This document shows, in pieces, positions 19,001-26,492 of a DNA stretch of 64,000 nt. The notes under the pieces were generated by a model. The model was not told where the DNA came from. It saw only the letters and a list, made by a program, of their open reading frames with translations, and did not search any database. A program made the translations under genes and the position numbers. Each line of letters opens with the position of its first letter. Within the stretch, counting starts at the first letter, position 1. The DNA is from Candidatus Sulfomarinibacter sp. (GTDB lineage Bacteria; Acidobacteriota; Thermoanaerobaculia; Thermoanaerobaculales; Sulfomarinibacteraceae), in the NCBI GenBank assembly GCA_041560205.1, contig JBFFBV010000015.1:1571-65570 (forward strand). Reading direction: 5' to 3'.

Positions 19001-19387
19001 ATGGCCGAGGACTCCCAGGCCCAGAGGCTGCTGCTGGTGGATGACGAGGTTGGATATCTCGAGGTGCTTTCCAAAAGGCTCACCCATCGCGGTTTCGACG
19101 TCACGACAGCATCGAGCGGCGAGGAGGCGATCCGCGCCCTGCGGAATTGGGAGTTCGACCTCGCTGTCGTGGACCTGAAGATGGAGGACATGGACGGCAT
19201 CGAGGTGCTCAAAGTCCTGAAGAGAATGGACCCCGCGTTGCAGGTCATCATTTTGACCGGTCACGGCTCGGAACGCGCCGCTCGGGACGGTCTCGCTCAC
19301 GGAGCCTTCGACTATCTGATCAAACCGATCGGTCTCGATCCGCTGATTGAGAGAATCCGCGCCGCCCTGAGCTCGGATTCCTCGTGA
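19001..19387 (+). CDS. Stand-alone response-regulator receiver
   Basis: 128 aa. LVDDE, VVDLKMEDMDG, LTGHG and YLIKP are present. No output domain. Confidence 0.85.
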   Translation: MAEDSQAQRLLLVDDEVGYLEVLSKRLTHRGFDVTTASSGEEAIRALRNWEFDLAVVDLKMEDMDGIEVLKVLKRMDPALQVIILTGHGSERAARDGLAHGAFDYLIKPIGLDPLIERIRAALSSDSS

Positions 19388-19466
19388 CGATTCTCGAGCT
19401 GCGGTTGATGGCCGCATTTCGAGCGCCTGGAGTCGTCGCCTCACTATTGCTAGAAGGGGGACAGCT

Positions 19467-20777
19467 ATGAGCTTTTTCAAGGCGTGGGGAGAGTTCATGA
19501 CGGTCGCGACCCGCGCCCACGCGAGGTGGGAGCTCGAAACATCGAACAGGATTCTCCACGATCCCAAACGACTGCTGGTACTGGTCCTTCTGGTCGTGCC
19601 GATCTTCGTCTTCGGACCCGCAGTGGCGGCCCAGATGATGGACTCCGCGGCCGCCGCGGGCGAGACGCTACCGGACGTGCTGGGCGGCAAGAAGGCCTAC
19701 AGTCCCGCCTTTTACTCGACCGGGATCTTCATCGCGTCGATCCTCATTGGGCTCTGCGCGGGTCTGATCACCGGCTGTATCGGCGCCGGCGGAGGTTTCA
19801 TCATTGCACCGGCGTTGATGTCGGCCGGCATCAAGGGCATCCTCGCCGTCGGCACCGATCTGTTCCACATCTTCGCCAAAGCGATCATGGGCAGTGTCAT
19901 CCACCGCAAGCTCGGCAACGTGTCGGTGCCGCTCGCGGTTACCTTTCTGATCGGCGCGATCGGCGGCGCCACCATCGGCGGGATCATCAACCGGGTGCTG
20001 TACGAGATCAACCCGGTGCTGTCGGACGCCTTCATCACTACCATCTACTCGCTCATGCTGGGCGGGCTTGGTGCCTACGCCATGATGGATTACCTCAAGG
20101 CCCGCAAGAGAGCGGCCCCCGACGAAGGTGCCCACGGCGGGCGTGCTGAGGGCGCGGAGCTCGGCAAGCTGCCCAAAAAGCTGCAGGCGATCAACGCACC
20201 GCCGATGATCACCTTCGACCAGAACCTGGTTCCCGGCGGCCGCCGGATCTCGGCCTGGTTCCTGATCGCGAGCGGCTTCCTGGTCGGCTTCGCGGCCGCC
20301 ATCATGGGGGTCGGCGGCGGCTTCCTGACCTTCCCGATCTTCGTCTACACCCTCGGTGTGTCGTCGATGACCACGGTCGGCACCGACATCTTCCAGATCG
20401 TCTTCACCGCCGGCTACGCAGCCATCAGCCAGTACGCGATCTACGGCTTCATTTTCTACACCCTGGCCATGGGTATGTTGATCGGCTCGCTCTTCGGCGT
20501 CCAGGTCGGCGCCATGGTGACCAAGGTGGTCAAGGGCATCACGATTCGCGGCTTCTACGCGATGGCGGTGCTGGGCGGCTTCGTCAACCGCATCTTCGCC
20601 CTTCCCGGCAAGCTCTCGGATCTCGAGGTCATCTCGCTTTCGCCCGGCACCGTCGCCGTGCTCGACGGCATCGGCATCTGGGCCTTCTTCATCGTCATCG
20701 GCGGCTTCGCCGTGTGGGTCCTGTGGACCTTCGTCAGCAACCTCGGCAGACTGCGCGGGGCAGAGGTGGCGCCATGA
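19467..20777 (+). CDS. TSUP (TauE/SafE, DUF81) family permease, long form
   Basis: 436 aa. Two 4-TM halves, each with the glycine motif (GCIGAGGGFIIAP, IMGVGGGFLTFP), separated by a charged loop. Confidence 0.8.
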   Translation: MSFFKAWGEFMTVATRAHARWELETSNRILHDPKRLLVLVLLVVPIFVFGPAVAAQMMDSAAAAGETLPDVLGGKKAYSPAFYSTGIFIASILIGLCAGLITGCIGAGGGFIIAPALMSAGIKGILAVGTDLFHIFAKAIMGSVIHRKLGNVSVPLAVTFLIGAIGGATIGGIINRVLYEINPVLSDAFITTIYSLMLGGLGAYAMMDYLKARKRAAPDEGAHGGRAEGAELGKLPKKLQAINAPPMITFDQNLVPGGRRISAWFLIASGFLVGFAAAIMGVGGGFLTFPIFVYTLGVSSMTTVGTDIFQIVFTAGYAAISQYAIYGFIFYTLAMGMLIGSLFGVQVGAMVTKVVKGITIRGFYAMAVLGGFVNRIFALPGKLSDLEVISLSPGTVAVLDGIGIWAFFIVIGGFAVWVLWTFVSNLGRLRGAEVAP

Positions 20778-21466
20778 GCAGGATCAAGAAGAAGAAGCTC
20801 GGCATCGGTCTTTTCTTGATGGTCACCTTCACTGCGGTGATGGCCGTCATCTTCATGCCGCTGTTCGACGACGGCAACGCACTGGACTCCCTCGACAATC
20901 TCTACAACTCGATTTCCAAGGGCTCGGCGAACTACATCGAGAAGGTCGGGCACCTCGTCGAGAAGCACGGCAGCGAGGTGGTTACGCTCAATCTGAAGAT
21001 GGATGACTCGCAGGCGGCCGAAAAGGCAGAGGTGCTCTTCGCGACGGCCGGTCTCACGACGGCTGTCGAGACCAACAATCTGATGGTCCACGGTGACCTC
21101 GAGACCATTTTCGGCGCCTGCCTCAGTGACGCCGAGTCTGCCTACCACAACAGGAGGGAAGACTTCGTCGACAAATACGGGGTTGGCGCCCGTTACGCCT
21201 TGCACTCCTGGTGGCAGGCTCTGAAAGCCATGGAAAAAGATCTCAATCGGCAGAAGCTCTTTCCCGCCGCCCAGCTCACCCACACGGTGCAGGCCAAGAC
21301 CGTGGAGTGCGCCTACAACTACTACGGCATCGAGGCGCAGGCGATCAAGGATCGTTGGAGAACCGTCCTGTTCTCGCTCGTCTTCTACGTGCTCTACACG
21401 ATCTGGTACGGCTACGCGATCATGTACATCTTCGAGGGCCTCGGATTCGAGCTGGCAGCGCATTAG
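20774..21466 (+). CDS. Hypothetical two-TM membrane protein
   Basis: ATG 20774 overlaps the TSUP stop (ATGA). N-terminal TM LGIGLFLMVTFTAVMAVIFM, about 170 aa soluble region, C-terminal TM VLFSLVFYVLYTIWYGYAIMYIF. No family recognised. Confidence 0.6.
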   Translation: MSRIKKKKLGIGLFLMVTFTAVMAVIFMPLFDDGNALDSLDNLYNSISKGSANYIEKVGHLVEKHGSEVVTLNLKMDDSQAAEKAEVLFATAGLTTAVETNNLMVHGDLETIFGACLSDAESAYHNRREDFVDKYGVGARYALHSWWQALKAMEKDLNRQKLFPAAQLTHTVQAKTVECAYNYYGIEAQAIKDRWRTVLFSLVFYVLYTIWYGYAIMYIFEGLGFELAAH

Positions 21467-21536
21467 GTTTTCGTAACGCGGTAGGATGGGCCTGAGATCG
21501 GGGCGGACCGCCCGCCCCGGTTGGGGAGGATGCGGC

Positions 21537-21974
21537 ATGGCTATCTCGGTGCTCCTGGTCGACGACGAAGAGGCCTTCGTGCAGACGCTCGCCAAGCGGC
21601 TGACGCTTCGTCGATTCAACGTCTATACCGCCAGTCGAGCCGAGAAGGTCTTTTCCACTCTCCAGCAATACCCGATCGACGTCGTTGTCCTCGACGTCAA
21701 GATGCCGGATCTCGACGGGATCGAGACCACCCAGGTCATCAAGACAGATCACCCGCTGATCGAGATCATTCTCCTCACCGGTCACGCCAGCCTCGAAGCT
21801 TCGCTCGAGGGGATGAGGCGAGGGGCCTTCGACTACCTGCTCAAACCGGTCAACATCGACGAGCTGGTTTACAAGATCGAGGACGCTCACGAGAAAAAGA
21901 AACTGCAGGAGGAGAAGATCAAGCGCCTGGAAGACCGCACTGAAGCGGCCGACGACGCCGAATCCGACACATGA
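21537..21974 (+). CDS. Stand-alone response-regulator receiver with coiled-coil tail
   Basis: ATG 21537 after GGGGAGGA. LVDDE, VLDVKMPDLDG, LTGHA and YLLKP are present. Lys/Glu-rich C-terminal tail. Confidence 0.85.
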   Translation: MAISVLLVDDEEAFVQTLAKRLTLRRFNVYTASRAEKVFSTLQQYPIDVVVLDVKMPDLDGIETTQVIKTDHPLIEIILLTGHASLEASLEGMRRGAFDYLLKPVNIDELVYKIEDAHEKKKLQEEKIKRLEDRTEAADDAESDT

Positions 21975-21975
21975 G

Positions 21976-24555
21976 ATGAATGCACCCTCATGGTTGCGCC
22001 AATTGATCGACCGCCTTCGCGGCGCTCCGTCGAAGCGGCCTGACCCCGAGGAGGCGCGAAACCTCTTTCAGCGGCGTTACCACGCCTTGCGGTTGTTGCT
22101 CGCCGCCAACACGAGGGCTCTCAAGGCCATGGCGGCGATGGAAGGAGCCGCAATCGAGGGTGGCGCCGTCGGCATGACCTTCGTCCACTCCCACTGCACC
22201 GCGATCGGCGTCAATGTCTTCAAAATGGTGCGAAACCTCGACATGCTCGCGCCGGACAAATACACCCTCTTGTTCGACCGCATCGAAGAGATTCAGGGCC
22301 GAATCGACCGCGAGCTCGCGGCCGTTCCCCCGGCCGATGATGTGCCGCCCATCCTGCCGATGGACGCGGTTCATCACATCCACATTGACGTCACTGGCTC
22401 GAAGATGGCCAGCCTCGGCGAGGTCGCCAACAACGTCGGGCTTCCAGTGCCGGACGGCTTTGTCATCACCACCTCGGCCTATCAGCGTCTGATCGCCGCC
22501 AACGACCTCCAGCCCGAAATCAGTCGCTTGCTCCAGGCCTACCAGTCGGAGGAGCTCGATGAGCTCTTCGTCCTTGCATCCAAACTCCAGCAGCTCATCC
22601 TGACGGCCGAGGTGCCGGAGGAGATTGCGATCGCCATCGACGGCGCAGCCGAGGCGACCGGTCCAGCCCCCGACAGCACATTCGCCATGCGGTCGAGTGC
22701 ACTCGGAGAGGACGCGGCCGGGGTCTCGTTTGCCGGTCAGTACGAATCGCTCCTCAACGTGCGCCGCACCCATCTGGTCGACAGCTATCTCGAGGTTGTC
22801 GCCAGCAAGTACACACCGCAGGCGATGCAGTACCGCAAACAGCGTGGAATCCGAGACGACCAGGTGGCGATGAGCGTCGGATGTCTGGAGATGGTCGACG
22901 CCCGGTCAGGAGGCGTGGTGTACTCCGGCAATCCGGGCAACGACCGGGATTCCGATGTCTATATCAGCTCCGCCTGGGGACTGCCGAAGTCGATCGTCGA
23001 CGGTCGATTCGCCTCGGATCTCTTCGTTGTTCACAGAGACGGAAAGCTCGCGGAGCGTTCCCGTGAGATCGGTGTCAAGCAAAGCCAGTTTGTCCGCCAC
23101 CCTCGCGAGGGCGTGCGTCGATCAGAGGTTTCCGCCGACAAACAACGGCAACCGAGCCTCAGCGATGAGGAGGTCATCGAGATCGCGGAGGCCGCCCTCA
23201 AGCTGGAGTCCCACTTTGGCAAGCCGGTCGACGTCGAGTGGGCAATCGATCGCGACGGCACGCTCGTGATTCTCCAATGCCGTCCCTTGACGCAGTCAAT
23301 CGGCACCTCCGATCACGAGCTTCCCGTGGACACCCCTTTGCCGCTGATCAGAGGAGGCGTCGCCGCCAGCCCGGGAGTCGCCGCCGGTCCGATCCACTGG
23401 GTCAATCGAGACGCCGATGCGCTGTCCTTTCCCCGCAATGCCGTCCTCGCCCTCGTCCAGCCACTGCCCCGGTGGGCCGCACTGCTCGATCGCACCGCCG
23501 CAGTGATCGCCGAGGAGGGTGGGGTCGCCGGACATCTGGCGACCGTGGCCCGCGAGCTCGGTGTGCCGGCAATCCTTGGCGCCGGACCACTCACCACGCT
23601 CGAAAACGGTCTCGAGGTCACGGTCGACGCCAGTGGCCGCGCCGTCTACCCGGGCGTGATCGAGACGCTGATCGAACGTCGCGCCGAGCCTCCGAAGGTG
23701 GATGGCGACAACCCGATCCGGCGTACCCTCCGCTCGGCGCTGGCCCACATCGCGCCCCTGAATCTGGTCGACCCCACGAGCCTCGACTTCACGCCCGGCA
23801 GCTGTGAAACCATGCACGACATCACGCGTTTCTGTCACGAAAAGGCCGTGCAGGAGATCTTCGCCTTCGGTTCGGAAAGCTCCTTTCCCGAATACGCGAG
23901 CAAACAGCTCCACCACAACGTTCCCATGCAATGGTGGGTGTTGGACCTCGGGAACGGCCTGAAAGGGCCTGTCTTCGGGAAATACGTGCATCTCGACGAC
24001 ATCGCCTGCAGGCCGATGTTGGCGCTGTGGGACGGCATGGTCGCGGTGCCGTGGGACGGCCCGCCCGCTATCAGTGGCCGTGGCTTGGCATCAGTGCTTT
24101 TTCAGGCGACCGCGAACCCGGCGCTCTCCAGCCCCTTCAAGAAGCCGTATGCCAACCGGAACTACTTCATCATCTCCAAGCACTTCATGAACCTCCAGTC
24201 ACGATTCGGCTTCCACTTCACAAATGTCGAGGCGCTCGCGGGAGAGCGTCCGGAGGAAAACTACCTGAGTTTTTCGTTCAAAGGCGGCGCCGCCAACCAG
24301 GAGCGCAGGGTCGGTCGCGCACGTTTGATCGGCGATCTCCTCCGAGGACTCGGTTTCGAGATCAACCTCACCGAGGATATGGTGACCGCACGCAGGACCG
24401 GCCTTCAACAGCAAGATGTCGCAAAAGGCCTGCGAGTCGTCGGCTACCTCCTGATGCACACCCGCCAACTCGACATGGTCATGGACAAGCCAGCTGCGGT
24501 GGAACACTATCGAGCCAAAATGCAGAAGGACATCGAAAACCTGGCGGTGAACTGA
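21976..24555 (+). CDS. PEP-synthase/PPDK-like enzyme (ATP-grasp PEP/pyruvate-binding domain + swivel His domain) with unassigned N- and C-terminal regions
   Basis: Starts 1 nt after the receiver stop. VGLPVPDGFVITTSAY, FAMRSSALGEDAAGVSFAGQYES and VEWAIDRDGTLVILQCRP indicate a PPDK_N-type ATP-grasp. GGVAGHLATVARELGVPAI is the phospho-His swivel. The last 300 aa or so are not recognised. Confidence 0.8.
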   Translation: MNAPSWLRQLIDRLRGAPSKRPDPEEARNLFQRRYHALRLLLAANTRALKAMAAMEGAAIEGGAVGMTFVHSHCTAIGVNVFKMVRNLDMLAPDKYTLLFDRIEEIQGRIDRELAAVPPADDVPPILPMDAVHHIHIDVTGSKMASLGEVANNVGLPVPDGFVITTSAYQRLIAANDLQPEISRLLQAYQSEELDELFVLASKLQQLILTAEVPEEIAIAIDGAAEATGPAPDSTFAMRSSALGEDAAGVSFAGQYESLLNVRRTHLVDSYLEVVASKYTPQAMQYRKQRGIRDDQVAMSVGCLEMVDARSGGVVYSGNPGNDRDSDVYISSAWGLPKSIVDGRFASDLFVVHRDGKLAERSREIGVKQSQFVRHPREGVRRSEVSADKQRQPSLSDEEVIEIAEAALKLESHFGKPVDVEWAIDRDGTLVILQCRPLTQSIGTSDHELPVDTPLPLIRGGVAASPGVAAGPIHWVNRDADALSFPRNAVLALVQPLPRWAALLDRTAAVIAEEGGVAGHLATVARELGVPAILGAGPLTTLENGLEVTVDASGRAVYPGVIETLIERRAEPPKVDGDNPIRRTLRSALAHIAPLNLVDPTSLDFTPGSCETMHDITRFCHEKAVQEIFAFGSESSFPEYASKQLHHNVPMQWWVLDLGNGLKGPVFGKYVHLDDIACRPMLALWDGMVAVPWDGPPAISGRGLASVLFQATANPALSSPFKKPYANRNYFIISKHFMNLQSRFGFHFTNVEALAGERPEENYLSFSFKGGAANQERRVGRARLIGDLLRGLGFEINLTEDMVTARRTGLQQQDVAKGLRVVGYLLMHTRQLDMVMDKPAAVEHYRAKMQKDIENLAVN

Positions 24556-24601
24556 AGCCGATCGGAAGAAACGCCCATCGGCGAGCATTGTACGGTCGGG
24601 A

Positions 24602-25660
24602 ATGAGCAAGCAACGGATCACCAACGGGGCCCTCGCCGAGGCGCTGTTCGCGCTCGCCGAGTCGGAACCGCCCGGAGACCGGCGGCTGGCGTTGTTGCGC
24701 GCCGGATACCTCGCCTTCGACAGCCCTGGCAGACCGCATCGCGACCTGCAACGAAATGCGCCGAGCTGGCTGCAGCCGCTGCTTCAGCAGCTGGTGGCAT
24801 GCCGCGGCAACGACGCTCTTCATGCCGCGGTCCAACGCCTCAAGGGCGACGAAAACCCTCGCCGCAGGAACACCCGTCAGGGATATCTGAGCCGCTCGGA
24901 AGTGACCGAGATCCTCGAATCGGGCCCTGCCGATCTCCACCCCCGGCGGCAGCGCGGCGCGTGCCACTGGCACACCCGCAACTCGGACGGCAAGGCGTCA
25001 CTCGAGACCATGGCGCGGGCCTGCGTGAGGCGCGGCTACGCGTGGTCGATGGTCGCCGATCACTCGCGCGGTCTCGAGGTTGCCTCCGGTCTCGACGCAG
25101 AAGGCGTGTGGCTTCAGCGGCAACGGATCGACCGATGGAACGACCAGCACGGCGATGACCACCGCATCTTCCAGGGGCTCGAAATCGAGGTTCTGGAAGA
25201 TGGCACACTCGACGTGCCGAAAGGCGAACGTCTCGAGGTGGAGTGTGTGGTGGCCGCAGTCCACAGCCACTTCGACGCCGACCGCGATCAGACCGAGCGC
25301 CTGCTTCGCGCTGTCAATTCGCCCGAAGTCCATGTCCTCGCGCATCCGCGCGGCCGGCATTTCCATCACCGGCCCGGCATCAAGGCGCGCTGGGAAAAGG
25401 TTTTTTCGGCCTGCGCCGAAACGGGAGTCGCTGTCGAGATCAACGGCTTCCCCCGCCGTCAGGACCTCGACCCCGACCTCGCGCGGCTCGCCGTCGAATC
25501 GGGCTGCGAGATCATGCTTGCCTCCGACGCGCACGCCGCGCCTCATCTCGAGTTCGACACCTTTGCATCAGCCATCGCGATGCGCGCCGAGGTGCCCCGC
25601 GAGGGCATCCTGAACATTCAACACGCCGACGAGTTCGAGGCGTGGCTTGAGGAGCGCTGA
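24602..25660 (+). CDS. PHP-domain phosphoesterase
   Basis: HWHTRNSDG (HxH) plus later His/Asp ligands (AAVHSH, ASDAH), as in PolX C-terminal PHP domains. No polymerase-beta domain seen. Confidence 0.7.
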   Translation: MSKQRITNGALAEALFALAESEPPGDRRLALLRAGYLAFDSPGRPHRDLQRNAPSWLQPLLQQLVACRGNDALHAAVQRLKGDENPRRRNTRQGYLSRSEVTEILESGPADLHPRRQRGACHWHTRNSDGKASLETMARACVRRGYAWSMVADHSRGLEVASGLDAEGVWLQRQRIDRWNDQHGDDHRIFQGLEIEVLEDGTLDVPKGERLEVECVVAAVHSHFDADRDQTERLLRAVNSPEVHVLAHPRGRHFHHRPGIKARWEKVFSACAETGVAVEINGFPRRQDLDPDLARLAVESGCEIMLASDAHAAPHLEFDTFASAIAMRAEVPREGILNIQHADEFEAWLEER

Positions 25661-25693
25661 GAACTGAGAAGCGCTTCGCGCTTCAGCGAGCCG

Positions 25694-25773
25694 GGTGCCA
25701 CCCTTCGCATTGTTTGAGGGACCACTCCCAAGCGTCCTTCGTTCTGAGGGCAAACAATGTGAAGAGTGGCACC
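25694..25773. repeat. Long imperfect inverted repeat (23-bp arms, 34-nt loop)
   Basis: ggtgccacccttcgcattgtttg (25694-25716) against caaacaatgtgaagagtggcacc (25751-25773), with 21 of 23 positions complementary. It lies between convergent genes. Confidence 0.6.
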
Positions 25774-25819
25774 GGTGTCGTCGATGCGGCACGCGCGTCT
25801 CACTGGGGCCGGGTCCGGC

Positions 25820-26287
25820 CTATCGATTAGCCGGTGGGGTGCCCGCGATGCTGATCGAAGCGGACGGCTGGTTCGAGTTGATCACCGCCTCGACCTCGAC
25901 CAGGGTGGTGGTCTGAAGTCGCTCCCGGAGCATGTTGTTGGCTTCAACCAGAATCTGTCCGAGGATGCACGACTCGCCGTCACAGATGGCCGAGCTCAGA
26001 AGGCACTGGCTCGGTTCGAACCGGCCCTCGATGGCTTCGAAGATCTCGAGCAGAGTCACCGACTCGGGCTCGCGGGTCAGGATGAATCCGCCCCGCGGGC
26101 CGCGAACCGAGCGCACCAGCTCGACCTTGACCAGGCGTTGCAGCACCTTCGAAAGGTGGGCTTCGGAAATCTCGAACCAATTGGCGATCTCCCGGGAGGT
26201 GATCGGTCCGTCCTCACGTTTGGCGAGGTATCCAAGGGCGTGCATCGCCAGCGACGCCGCCTCGGAGATCTTGAGAGCACGCGGCAT
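25820..26287 (-). CDS. Rrf2-family transcriptional regulator with three-Cys cluster
   Basis: wHTH ITSREIANWFEISEAHLSKVLQRLVK. QCLLSSAICDGESC (C-x6-C-x4-C) sits where IscR/NsrR-type members carry Fe-S ligands. Start is ATG 26287, with TTG 26308 as an alternative. Confidence 0.85.
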   Translation of the reverse strand: MPRALKISEAASLAMHALGYLAKREDGPITSREIANWFEISEAHLSKVLQRLVKVELVRSVRGPRGGFILTREPESVTLLEIFEAIEGRFEPSQCLLSSAICDGESCILGQILVEANNMLRERLQTTTLVEVEAVINSNQPSASISIAGTPPANR

Positions 26288-26340
26288 TTCGTTCTCCGGC
26301 TCGTTCAATGTGTCGCAGAAGTCGGCGCCGGATGGCGCCG

Positions 26341-26393
26341 TCCTTGACCTCGGTCAAGGATAGCTTGACCACATTCAAGCTAATCAGTATTGT
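26341..26393 (+). promoter_or_regulatory. Two palindromes overlapping a sigma70-like promoter for the nos electron-transfer operon
   Basis: TCCTTGACC-tc-GGTCAAGGA (26341-26360) and AGCTTGA-N6-TCAAGCT (26362-26381). TTGACC (26365-26370), 17 nt, TATTGT (26388-26393). Confidence 0.45.
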
Positions 26394-26492
26394 AATGCCG
26401 AAACTCGGATTGAGAATTCCAACACCGGCGAGACGGCAGGGGGGCATGACGAGGATCATGGTCGCCGACACTGTCACAGGAACGGGCCGGCA

